A DNA stretch of 64,000 nucleotides. Origin: Nemertoderma westbladi (Eukaryota > Animalia > Xenacoelomorpha). The first letter of the stretch is position 1. Every line of letters starts with the position of its first letter. Both the position numbers and the translations under genes were made by a program. This document shows positions 36,590 to 48,828 of the stretch, in pieces. The notes beneath the pieces are model-generated. The model saw nothing but the letters and a program-made list of their open reading frames with translations. It did not search any database and was not told where the DNA came from. The DNA lies in assembly GCA_032718475.1 (NCBI GenBank), contig JAUCBJ010004780.1:1-64000 (forward strand). The letters run 5' to 3'.

Positions 36590-37760
36590 TGTTCTCACGG
36601 TGGGGCTGAAGCGGCTGAACCAACTTTTTATAAAAGAAAAATGCCCGGCCAAACTGATTTCTTTTCTAGGGGCACTTCAACGCCCTGATTCCAAAAATGA
36701 TATTTTCAAAATCTTTTGCCAGAGTCTCTTTCTTAAAATTACTAAATAAATTAGTAATACTATTTATAATAATGCTATATATATTATAAAAAATTCCCAG
36801 ACCAAATGATAGCATTTTTCGAGACTTTTAATCAACCTGGTTCCGAATCTGTTAATTTTATAATATTTCGTCGGTGTCTTTTAGAGTAATAATATTCTAA
36901 AATAATATTAAATATACCGGTATTAATATTATATAGTAGAACTGCCTAATGCTCAATTCTGCAATTGTAGTGAATATCAACTTCTCTTACTCCTATTGCA
37001 CTGATATTAGTATCATTCGAACCGCAATGGTCGATTTAGTGGGTGTTGAGTGTTGACATCATCAAAACAACGGCAGAGTTATTACTTCTCGAGATATCGG
37101 TCAAAATGTGAGCGCTGAATTACACCTAAATTTAACCTAAATTAACAAATTAACCTAAATTACACTAAGGTAAGCTAGTTAATGCAATATATCACCATCA
37201 CCATATCACTAAAAATCAGACTTCGACATAAATAACAGACTTAGGGAATATGCTTATTTGAACCGCAATGGTCGAATTAGTAGTTGTAGACTCCATCAAA
37301 ACAATAGTAGTATAAAAAAAATGATATTTTTAGTGATATGGTGATATATTGCTATTAAATTGCTGAAGTTATGTGCTCATTTATGTGAGCCAGCGCTCAC
37401 ATTTTGACCGATATCTCGAGAAACAATAACTCGATCATTGTTTTGATGGTGACAACCCACACTAAATCGATCATTGCCGTTCGAATGATACTAATATCAA
37501 TGCAATAGCAGTACGGTAAGTTGATAATCATTACAATTGAATATATTAGCCAGTTTGCTAATATAATATTATTTAATATTTAATTACTCTAAAAAAACCG
37601 ACGAAATATTATAAAATTAACAGATTCGAAATCAGGTTGATCGAAATTCTCAATAAATGCTATAATTTGGTCTGGGCATTTTTTATAATATATATAGCAT
37701 TATTATAAATAGTATTACTAATATAATTTAGTAATTTTAAGAAAAAGACACCAGCAAAAG
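36590..37760. mobile_element. Foldback/MITE-like element with ~400-bp imperfect inverted arms
   Basis: 36712-37116 is the reverse complement of 37391-37760; the right end appears truncated and I found no TSD. Confidence 0.8.
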
Positions 37761-39331
37761 CCAGTCCAGTAGGTATCATAGGTTAGCTACTGAACTATGT
37801 GCCGTATACTGCCAGACTGAATACTGGAGCCTCGTATCCATCCACTGCCATAGAGGTCCTAAATATAATAGCATACTATAATAGCGTAGTAAGTATAATA
37901 ATGTATTTTGCCCACATTGAATATTACTACGTGGCAAGTTCTTCAATGAGATATTGTATAAGTACAGTACAGTATGTTTAATACTAAACCAGACTTAACA
38001 ATAAATATTTCATTTACGGTTTGTATCATTGTAATTAAACTAATCCACTTAAACTACATACGGTAATTTTTATTTTTCTTGCATATATTAGGTGTATTAT
38101 GCCTGGTATTGTACCACATAATAATAAATATTATATGGCTTACTCGATTACTAGTAAGCATCATCACACTTTTATCACACTATCATACATACATAACATA
38201 CTTACATTATTTTGTTTTTATCTATCATACATTCTTAACATACTTACAATATTTTGTTTTTATTTATCATACATACTTACAATATTTGTTTTTATCTATC
38301 ATACATACTTATAATATTTTATTTATTTTTACTTCATCTTTGAACTATTCCAAACATTTTACTGTATGCCTACGGTGTTTCTTTTGCAATAATTATTATT
38401 TTAACTCGCCGTCCTTAACTTTTTAGGTCCGCGTAGCGAGACCTCTAGTACTCTCTCCGTTGTTGTTGGTTTGTTGTTGTTAATTTCCACTTTGGTTTTG
38501 GCGCCATACGGCGCGGTACTGAGTTCAACCCCTTATTCCGACGGTGAAAGTTTTTTTGTTGTAAGATTGATAGTAAGTCATTCAAGGTGACCTTTGCGCG
38601 ATTTCGCGCTTGTTATTCATGTAATTAATATTATATTTTGCCTGAATAATTTGATATACCCGCAATAATAAATTATACCAACTTCTATTTACGTGTAATT
38701 TTAACCTGAGTTTTCTTTTATCTATTCCAGCCAAACATCTTATTATATTTATATTGTATTTTATTTGTGCGTTACCTGCTACGTACCTTTTAATTACAAC
38801 ACTAAGGTGCTTTTAACTTAGATTGACTTTGATTTGATTTTATTTCTAATGAACGTACTACAATTTCATACATTCGAATTTACATAATGTTATTTAATAT
38901 TTACCAATAATGTTAGTGTTCTTTTTATTTATAGTGTGTACGGGCTCGATATGCCATAGCTTATTTATGCCCTATTACCATTAAACCATTAAACTAACTG
39001 ACTAACACTAGCAGCTTAATTACTGTAATATCTGAATACTTTGGAATAACGGTAACCTGAACTTTCTGAAGTTAGCAATATTCCATTCTCATTGACTCTG
39101 TGTTATACAGGATTACCCGATTACAGATTTACGATTACACGTAACGTGATTGGTTGCTGCTTAGTAGCAGCCCCTAACAGGTTTCTCAAACCACATCACT
39201 TGTTTTATACAAAATGGAATAATGTTAACTAATTATAAAATAATTGTTGAAATTTGACGTTGTACTTTACTATGAGTGACGTAAAAAGGCCAAAAAATGA
39301 TACCCCATTCCATAGCGAATAAATCGTATAC

Positions 39332-39427
39332 CGCCCTGGTAGCTCAGTGGTCTTAGGACACACACTCGGCTGATGATAACCGGAAGTTTGAAACCTAGGT
39401 ACCGGGTTCGAGCCCCAATAGGGGCGG
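39332..39427 (+). mobile_element. tRNA-derived SINE head or tRNA pseudogene
   Basis: A-box TAGCTCAGTGG and B-box GGTTCGAGCCC with disrupted stems. Confidence 0.55.
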
Positions 39428-39519
39428 TTGATATTTTTCGCTATGGAGAGCATTATCATAATGTACTATAATATTTATAAATAATGTTAACTGGAAAAGC
39501 CACGATCTAAGCACCCGTC

Positions 39520-40724
39520 ACAATCAAGGGCATAGACTGATCAGCTGATAGAGGAATTGCTTTTGGAAGATCAATACCTTTAAATGGGAATGGTGTGTAT
39601 TAAAAGTGGTTTGGGGGCGGTAGCGCTCTAACTCTAACTAAATAGTTTTGGGCAGTTGGGTGGGAGCAGCTTATTTTGAATCAAAATTATAAGTTAACGT
39701 TCTTAAGTATTTCGTTATATAGATAGGAATCCGGTAAATTGACTGATTGACAAAATTTGTAAGTGGTTTCCTCTAGGAAGCGGTAAATTGACCAAAAATA
39801 CAAAAATTTTATAAGCAGATACAGAGATAAGTGGTTTGCCATTGGAACTGGTAAAATGACAATAAAAAAGTTAAAAATGGATGCCCCCAAACAGGAACGT
39901 CCCCGTTTTTTAAGTAAATTACGAAAATTATTATTGAGCAATTATTACACAGTGTGTATTTTTAGGAATTGTGGCATTTTATGTAGGCCTACTAATTAAT
40001 ATTTTAATTTAATCAATACATCAATAATTAAATAAATTTGTTCATTATTTGGCATTTCTTAATACCGGTACTGTAATACCGGTAGTTAATTAGCAGTTTT
40101 AGTTAATTAGGTACCGGTAATTGATATATAGAATATAACAGTATAACCTTGGGATCTATATGCGAATCAGGTGTCAGGTCTCATCTTGGATCTTGTATTG
40201 TTTTTCTATCGTTATTACTGTTGTTGAATTGAATAATTCGTTTAATTTCCTGTACATAATGGGTGGAAGTAAATAGGAAAATTAGGCCTACCGTTAATCA
40301 CAAACACAGATTACATAAAACTTTAAAATTACAGAAATAATACGTTAAAATTACTAATAAAAATAAATATAACTTTAAAACGTACCTACGTACTGATGTA
40401 TATGTAACTTGTTAGCTGAGATTCTTAAAAAAAGCTCAAAATTATTAAAAGATACGAGAGACTTGCAACTTAATACAGTAATAAAAGCAACTGTATTACT
40501 ACAGTACTACTATTCAGCTATTATCTGATTATGTTAATAAACAAACTTTAACTGTTCAAAATAATAAGATTTATTAATCACCCAATCAAGGGCATACTGG
40601 CAATCTGGCATAGACTGATAGACTGATAGAGGAATTGCTTTTGGAAAAACAATACTTTTTATGGGAATGTAGGAATGGTGTGTATTAAAAGTGGCTTGGG
40701 CTTGGCAGCTTGGGGGCGGTAGCG
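39520..40724. repeat. Dispersed ~105-140-bp direct repeat pair (39520-39625 and 40583-40724)
   Basis: CAATCAAGGGCATA..GAGGAATTGCTTTTGGAA..GGAATGGTGTGTATTAAAAGTGG..GGGGGCGGTAGCG in both copies. Confidence 0.75.
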
Positions 40725-41426
40725 TAAAAAATATTACATGTATATACAATACAGCAATAGGCCTACTGCAATAGGCCTACCGGCAACCGGTACCAGCCCA
40801 GCCTACCCTGCTACAGATATCACAGTATCAGGCTGTCAGGACAGCAGGATATAGTCAATCAGTCAATAGTTGAGTTTCTTGTATTCCAGTACCGGTATTC
40901 CTATAACTGTATGTATTGAATATAAGGCTAGTACGGTAGTAAAATAAAGTAAAAGTTTAGGCCTATAGGCAAATAGGCCTACCACAGCAGCACAGTACCA
41001 GTAGGCCTACACCTGTACACAGTAGGCCTACAGAAGTAAAAACTGAAAAATATTATGGTACCGGTAGGTGTAACTGCAACTGTCTAAGGTAAATTATAGG
41101 CCTGTGCCTGTAGGCCTAGTTGTAGGGCTGTCAGGTTGTGTTTCTTGTAAGACAAGATTCATACAGGTAACATACAGACATGACATAATGCTGTAATGAT
41201 TTAGGCCTACAATGGCTGACTCCTGGCCAGCTGACTGGCTGGGCTGTGGGCTGGCTGCCCGGCACTGCCTCTGGTTCCGCTTTAAGCTGTCTGACTTCTG
41301 ACTACCGACAATACAATGACGACCGGTACCGTACTGCTGTACTGACCTTGGACAGGACTGTACAGTACATACTGACTAAGTGTAAACATGGTCCCACCTG
41401 GCGTAGTGTAGTGGCATGCAGTGTTG

Positions 41427-42935
41427 TATGGCGTCTCTTTAGGGTCAATATTCAGTGTTTTAATATTTTTTATTCAGTATAAATTTACATTCAGTAATAA
41501 TTAATATCTTTCAGTGTTCTACAATATCTTTTAGTAATTAATAAATTATCGTTCAGTAATAACTGAATTATCTTTCAGTATTTACTGAATTCATCTTTCA
41601 GTATTTACTGAATTATCTTTCAGTATTTACTGAATTATCTTTCAGTATTTACTGAATTATCTTTCAGTATTTACTGAATTATCTTTCAGTATTTACTGAA
41701 TTATCTTTCAGTATTTACTGAATTATCTTTCAGTAATACTTAATTATCTTTCAGTAACGTATTTATCTTTCAGTGATTATCTTTCAGTATTTACTGAATT
41801 ATCTTTCAGTATTTACTGAATTATCTTTCAGTATTTACTGAATTATCTCTCAGTATTTACTGAATTATCTTTCAGTATTTACTGAATTATCTTTCAGTAT
41901 TTACTGAATTATCTTTCAGTATTTACTGAATTATCTTTCAGTATTTACTGGATTATCTTTCAGTATTTACTGAATTATCTTTCAGTAATACTTAATTATC
42001 TTTCAGTAACGTATTTATCTTTCAGTGATTATCTTTCAGTATTTGCAATAGCACATCAGTATAAAATCACTCGTTATAATAAATTCCGTATAAATTCCTT
42101 TATCTCTATTGAATTCAATAGGCCAATCACAAAAAAGGCATATTCTAGAATATATAATGTTAATTTACGAAAACTGTCGACGGTGCAGTATGGCCTATGC
42201 AGTATGAAGTTACACTAGGCTACACAGTTTGTTGTTAGTTATGTATTAGCGTGATATATTTAATTAAGTGTAAGAAACTGAGGAAGAATAAACTGCAATG
42301 CCGCGTTTTTGTGGAGCATGTGGTTCAGCAAATGAACTGAATTTCTGTACTAGTTGCGGTCGTTCTCTTTTAGTGGATGATACTCCCACCATTCACAATC
42401 GCAATCTAAACGAGAATACAAATCCATCGACCTCGCCACCACCTATGCCAAATGCGTTTACAGTAGATTTGGTAAGGGAAGCTGTCCGAGCTGTCAGTCC
42501 ATACTGCTAGCACCGTCGACAGTTTTCGTAAATTAACATTATATATTCTAGAATATGCCTTTTTTGTGATTGGCCTATTGAATTCAATAGAGATAAAGGA
42601 ATTTATACGGAATTTATTATAACGAGTGATTTTATACTGATGTGCTACAGTATTGCAAATACTGAAAGATAATCACTGAAAGATAATTCAGTAAATACTG
42701 AAAGATAATTCAGTAAATACTGAAAGATAATTCAGTAAATACTGAAAGATAATTCAGTAAATACTGAAAAGATAATTCAGTAAATACTGAAAGATAATTC
42801 AGTATTACTGAACGATAATTTATTAATTACTAAGATATTGTAGAACACTGAAAGATATTAATTATTACTGAATGTAAATTTATACTGAATAAAAAATATT
42901 ACCACACTGAACATTGACCCTAAAGAGACGCCATA
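41427..42935. mobile_element. Foldback-type non-autonomous DNA transposon, IS3EU-like
   Basis: Termini TATGGCGTCTCTTT / AAAGAGACGCCATA and 6-bp TSD GTGTTG (41421-41426, 42936-42941). The long inverted arms contain 22-bp tandem repeats, and the centre holds a truncated zinc-ribbon ORF (42298-42510). Confidence 0.85.
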
Positions 42936-43110
42936 GTGTTGTGGCTAAATCCGTTGCCTTTAATTCACATCTCTCTGTATTTCACCTCTAAAAGCCGCAC
43001 GGTTTTATTATTTACGGGGTGTAATAATTTGCAAATTGATTAATTTCTCCTCCTATTTTAGGGGATGATATACTGTAAATGGGCACATTTATGTGATTTT
43101 ATCTTCCCCT

Positions 43111-43889
43111 TAACGATTGGCTGATTTGGGAGGGAATTTAAATACAAAATTATGTTGTAATAAATCCGCCCGGTAATGATTGGCTGATTTAGTGGAGTGT
43201 TTAAATACACAATTATGTTGTAATAAATCCGTCCGCTAATGATTGGCTGATTTAGGGGAGTCGTTAAATACACAATTATGTTGTAATAAATCCGCCCACT
43301 AATGATTGGCTGATTTAGGGGAGAGTTTAAATACACAATTATGTTGTAATAAATCCGTCCGCTAATGATTGGCTGATTTAGGGGAGTCGTTAAATACACA
43401 ATTATGTTGTAATAAATCCGCCCACTAATGATTGGCTGATTTAGGGGAGAGTTTAAATACACAATTATGGTGTAATAAATCCGTCCTCTAATGATTGGTT
43501 GATTTAGGAGGGATTTAAATACAAAATTATGTTGTAATAAATCCGCCCGGTAATGATTGGCTGATTTAGTGGAGTGTTTAAATACACAATTATGTTGTAA
43601 TAAATCCGCCCACTAATGATTGGCTGATTTAGTGGAGTGTTTAAATACACAATTATGTTGTAATAAATCCGTCCGCTAATGATTGGCTGATTTAGGGGAG
43701 TCGTTAAATACACAATTATGTTGTAATAAATCCGCCCACTAATGATTGGCTGATTTAGGGGAGAGTTTAAATACACAATTATGGTGTAATAAATCTGCCC
43801 GCAAATGATTGGCTGATGTAGGGGAGAGTTTAAATACACAATTATGGTGTAATAAATCTGCCCGCAAATGATTGGCTAATATAGGGGGA
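43111..43889. repeat. 63-bp tandem repeat, ~12 copies, each with a CCAAT box and a GC-box-like motif
   Basis: Unit ..ATGATTGGCTGATTTAGGGGAG..TTAAATACACAATTATGTTGTAATAAATCCG(C/T)CC.. Confidence 0.95.
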
Positions 43890-45785
43890 AATCCTTTGAA
43901 AATCCTATTCCCTAAATTGTAGGCTACCAATAGCGGTACTGCTGTACAGTATGTCATTTTCAAATAGGCTCCATTATATTTCGATAAATTATCCAATCGC
44001 TTGGGGTAGATATTATTTCAGCAAATCACTAGCGCGAGGATTTACTAACACATAATTTGTGTATTTAAGGGGGGGGGGGGGGGGGGGTACACCATTTTGG
44101 TCAAAAATATGTCGAAATTTTTTTTATGATCTATTACAGTACAGGCCACCAGAAAAAGCAGATTTCATCCAATGTGATCACATGTGAACACATTTGTTCA
44201 AGTCATCTGATTGGCAGGTTATGGCGAGTTATCTTCTAGATCACACAGCAGGAGAGGCTAACTTGCTGGGACCGACAAAGGCTTTGTGTGCCCTGCGCCT
44301 GTATGTCTGATACCAGGTAGATGAGAGAGCCCCCAGGGCGTAACATTGTGGACATGGGCTGTATTGGTAGAGAGAGAACTACATACAAGACCACATGGAG
44401 GTTCATGGAGTGTATGGGAGTGGATGGATGGAGGAGCCTAGACCATTGAATAATTACTTTAGTGCAGGGAGATGTCGCGCCATTAGTCTGACACCGAGAG
44501 GGCACTGAGAAACACCAGAAGATGCCTTAACATCACTAACTATAGGCCTGCCTACTAGACACTATTAACCGCACACTATAAAGGTAAACAAAATCCTTAT
44601 CGCCTTTCCAGCTGCAGTGAGTGACAGTTCGCGGCAAACTACAGAGAGTTTCCAGATTACTAAGCGTTTCAAAAGTATTCAATTGTATCCTTTGGCGAAA
44701 ATTTTTTGGTTGTTGCCAATTCAATTATGTTCAATTATGTTCAATTGTCCCGTTCAACAACATTACATTACACTGGTACACATTTGATAAAATGTGTTCA
44801 CAATTGTACAAATCTGCGTTTTCTGGTGGCCTGTACTGTATAATGCACCATTGAATGGTGTTTCCAAATCTGAAAACCGCTATTTAATAGCTCTTTTAGT
44901 TTTTAAGTTATAACAATTTCCATTTAGCGATTCCTATTGAAATTACTATTACTATGTATAATGAAAGGTCGATTATCTCCAAATATTTTTTTTATGAAAT
45001 TGTCAACTTCAAAACCCTACTACTTCTACAATTTTTGAGCAATTAGTAATAGTGCCTATAGGGGCCAACAAATTGTACATAGGCGTATTAAGGATTGGCA
45101 CTAAATTAACAACCTACTGTATATACTGTACTTGCAAATAAATACAATTGTCGTGTGGGCCTCAAGCCGCACCCTAGTTAACCAACAACTTTATATGTCA
45201 TTTTAAATTTTTAAATATGAAAAATAGCATTAGCGACCTTAAAAATAATATGCGTCCCTGAAATTCAAGATCGTCTGACCAGATCCTGTATTTAAAACAT
45301 CTCTGTAAATTTTACTGGTAATTTCCAAATTTATGGACTCACAACCCACAATATTGTCCTGTTCCATTTCGTTAGCAATAAATTCTATACTTTCTAATAG
45401 CTAAACTTTCCAGAATGCCTCTATAGCAGCTGTTGATTTCCCCAATGGTATACTGACATCCCGAACTTGCGAGAATCTGGGATGAATAGTCTCGTCCCAA
45501 GTTAGGCCCCGTGACGGATCATCGATAGATCCTTCCTCACCCTATATAACTGTTGATTTCCCCAACCCATAGAGCTGTGATACAACCCCCCCCCCCCCCC
45601 CCCCTCCTATTACTATCCCCGTCTTCGAAATACATTACAAAGGCTAATATTCGTTAAAATCTTATTCGTGACAAACAAAGCAGCGACTTATTACCGACAT
45701 AATTGCGATTTATACTGCCTATAGTTCTTAATCACTGAAAATAAAATCGTTGAACGTTTGAGTCACAGATATAAAATACAAACAA

Positions 45786-46361
45786 TTACCCGGTAACCAT
45801 TTCAGTTTCTTTATTTAAACTATTTTTATATTGTTCGTATAGGATTTTGTCAGACCGAAATCGGTTGACCAGTCGGGAGATTTGCTTGGGCGTCCATTGG
45901 TGCACATTTCTAGAGTCCTTCGCCATCTTCTTATAATTGCAATCTCCATAATTCTTAAGCATGTGGGAAACCAGATCTGCATCATCCTGGGTAAGTTTCT
46001 TAGCGGGCTTATTAACCGGTATCGTTCGTGAAGACATCACCTCGAGATCTTCGATTACTGATGGTTTGTTCAACGTCTTCCTGCCAGGTCGACCCTTCTT
46101 CCCAACGGTTTCATCTACGTCCATGGTCTCCAGACTGTCCATCGCCGAGGGGATCTTAAAGGCGGCAGTCTGGCTGACGTCCATCACTAATCCCATGTCG
46201 TCGAAGTTATCCTGTACCGATTTCTTGTTGTCCCAAGATTTCTTTAGGATGGGACATTGGATGGCCGGAACGCGTTTCGTTTTGTGGGCTTTGCCCCGAC
46301 GTTTCTTTTGCGAGCCGGACAACGCATTGCGTTTCACTTTTCGTTTCTTCGGCTTACCCAT
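45786..46361 (-). CDS. NOP16: Nucleolar protein 16, 191 aa, intronless
   Basis: The first ATG gives MGKPKKRK; P.IQC..LKKSWD..KSVQDNF.DMGL..D, VIEDLE and YKKMAKDSRN.HQWTPKQI follow. Confidence 0.93.
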   Translation of the reverse strand: MGKPKKRKVKRNALSGSQKKRRGKAHKTKRVPAIQCPILKKSWDNKKSVQDNFDDMGLVMDVSQTAAFKIPSAMDSLETMDVDETVGKKGRPGRKTLNKPSVIEDLEVMSSRTIPVNKPAKKLTQDDADLVSHMLKNYGDCNYKKMAKDSRNVHQWTPKQISRLVNRFRSDKILYEQYKNSLNKETEMVTG

Positions 46362-47689
46362 CAATAATAAGAACCGTTGCAATTAGATTGTTAAAATTAT
46401 AGGTAAATAATTAATATTTACGATTTAGTAAATCGAATTAGTTATTAATATTTAATTAGTTATCTAATTAACATAAACCAATATGTAGATACTACGAGTG
46501 TAATAAATACTACTAAATGCATTATACACACACTCTACTTAGCCTAGGGTAGCATCACTTATATTATAAAGAATAAGTAAGTTATAAAGGAATAGGGGTT
46601 GATCTGAAAATACAACTGTGAGACAGTGTGGGGGGGGGGGGGGGGGGGGTGACGCAAATCCCGTATCGGTGAATTAATATATCGTATCATTGTAAAATTA
46701 TAAATCAATGGGAAAGGAGCAGGTTACAGTGGCACATTGTTCTAACCAAAAAAATAAACTAAAGTCAAACAAGTTGCACTTTTAGTTTTGGTAACCATCA
46801 CCTGTTATTTTGTTCCTTTTTCCCTTGGAGAGAGATGAATTTGATTGCGTCATTTTGAAAAAATGTGGAAGGACGTCACCTGGAGGGGTGGAACCAGTGA
46901 GTCCCTTTCCCGTTATTTCCACGTCTAAATAAAAGGCCAAAGCATTAGCCAGTAAAACTTCCAATATGCACAAACAGAAACTTAGCAATATACAGACAAA
47001 GAAATTAACTAGAGTAGCTAGCAAGCTGAAGCTAGCATTCGCGTTGTTCAATCTATATCCAATTTGAACCATTACTGTATAAACTAATAACCGACATCGT
47101 ATTGTCAGGCGGGATTGGTTATGCCTACGGACATGTAAAATGTATTACGGAGCTATTCGTATTTCGCGTTGATCGCGTATGTTTGAGTTATATAATTCCG
47201 TCAAAAGGTAAAAGTAAAGAAACATTAATGTGCGCATGGAGTAGTTATTATTCAAAAACAATTAGATTTTGGGATACATTGATATATTAATAGGAATAAA
47301 GTTACAGAAAGTAGTTACTTACCCGTCTATAAAAATCTCTATAAATCTTAAATCTCTTCTATAAAAATAACTATAACACAGGCTTAAAGGTATTATCGCT
47401 GCACGTGAAATAAATATATAAACAACTGGCCGAAATCAGCAACGAGCGAAAATATTTATAACCAAATATTCATCGCAAAATTATTTCGTTAATATTAAAT
47501 TATAATTTTTGCAATTAATTATGTAATACGTACTTAATTAATTAATTAATTAATATAAATCATTAGTGATTATATTTACTGCCTCATCTATTAAATACTG
47601 TAATAAATAACTGTAACTTACTAGGCCTACCTACTAAACATTATAGTGGAATCAAATGTGAGTTAATGGTTAAAGGTATTATAAATAAA

Positions 47690-48508
47690 TTATTTGTGCG
47701 ATTTTGGGACTTCGATTGCGATTATAATAGCGATAATCGCGAGAACAATTAGGAGTATTGCGACGAGTATAAGAAGTTTCTTCCGGTGTTTAGCTTGGTA
47801 TCTCGCGGCACCGCGAAGCTGTTGGTTACCCTGCTCCACCCTGGTGTACGCCGCATCCACATTGGCCTCTATTGAGTCAACAGTCTCTCCTTGCTCGCGA
47901 ACCATATCCGACAGATCCTTCATAATCGTGTTTATATCGAGAATATCGCTCTCCAGTTCTTTAAGTTGTCGTTCCCGGTCTTCGAACGACTGTTGGTCGA
48001 GTTCTAGAATGAGTTCCTGTTGTTGGAGGCGCTCCATAGCCGCCTCTCTGGCCGCCTCATCCAGCAACCTAGCCTCCTCGTTGTCTCCATCGTAATCTTG
48101 CTCTCCCGCAGACCCATGTTGCCTAGCAGCCACTATCATGGTTGTCCGTAGTGACTGGACTACCCGCCGTTGCGTTTTGCCGTACTTCGAAGTCGCTTCT
48201 TCGAAATCCATTCGCAGCCGGTCGAGAAACAACGTCTCGTGTCGCTGCTTGGTCCCGACGTTGAGTTGCTTAAAGTTCTGGGCTGTGGTGTGTATTAGCA
48301 GGTTGGTCTCCTGCATGCTCGAGTGTATTTTGTCCCGCAGTGTTTGGCAGTCTGTTTTCGTACCGATTTGGCGTTGGTATCGCTCGATTGAGTTCGTGTT
48401 GTTGGTTATTCGCATCATGGAGCTCGTTACTCCGTCAAAAAGCGCGCTAGTTTCCTCGCCTCTCAAGGCCTCTCTGTCCGAGCTCTGCGTGGATCCGTAG
48501 TTCGTCAT
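47690..48508 (-). CDS. Endosomal Qa-SNARE, syntaxin-7/12-like, 272 aa, intronless
   Basis: Habc region (QIGTKTD...LRDK), SNARE motif LESDILDINTIMKDLSDMVREQGETVDSIEANV, and a C-terminal TM anchor. Confidence 0.95.
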   Translation of the reverse strand: MTNYGSTQSSDREALRGEETSALFDGVTSSMMRITNNTNSIERYQRQIGTKTDCQTLRDKIHSSMQETNLLIHTTAQNFKQLNVGTKQRHETLFLDRLRMDFEEATSKYGKTQRRVVQSLRTTMIVAARQHGSAGEQDYDGDNEEARLLDEAAREAAMERLQQQELILELDQQSFEDRERQLKELESDILDINTIMKDLSDMVREQGETVDSIEANVDAAYTRVEQGNQQLRGAARYQAKHRKKLLILVAILLIVLAIIAIIIAIEVPKSHK

Positions 48509-48828
48509 TTTCGTTACCGGTAATTTGTGATTAGGGTACTGTTCACCGTTCTCTAGTAGGGCAGTATGCAGTAGGGTGTACGTACGTGTCGTACAGACTA
48601 CTACACTACAGCACTACACTACACTACACACACACTACATCATACATGTACTGTTGTACTCTCTCTCAGCAACTCAGCTGCCCGATGCAGATCAGGGATG
48701 GCGTTTGGGCGTAGGTTATTAAGAACAGTAGAATAAATTATCAATTCACTGTACAGCTGTATGTACAATGTACATTGTACCAGTGCTGCAGTGCACAGTG
48801 CAGCAGTGTCAGAGTGTACACGCACAAC

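Noticed and set aside
39332-39427. Functional tRNA gene (also 57088-57160)
   Set aside because: A and B boxes are present but the cloverleaf stems are broken; a SINE head or pseudogene is more likely.
3150-48508. Functional endolysosomal cluster or operon (LAPTM-like, V-ATPase B, syntaxin-7/12)
   Set aside because: The genes are more than 10 kb apart, interleaved with unrelated genes and have separate upstream regions; chance is sufficient.
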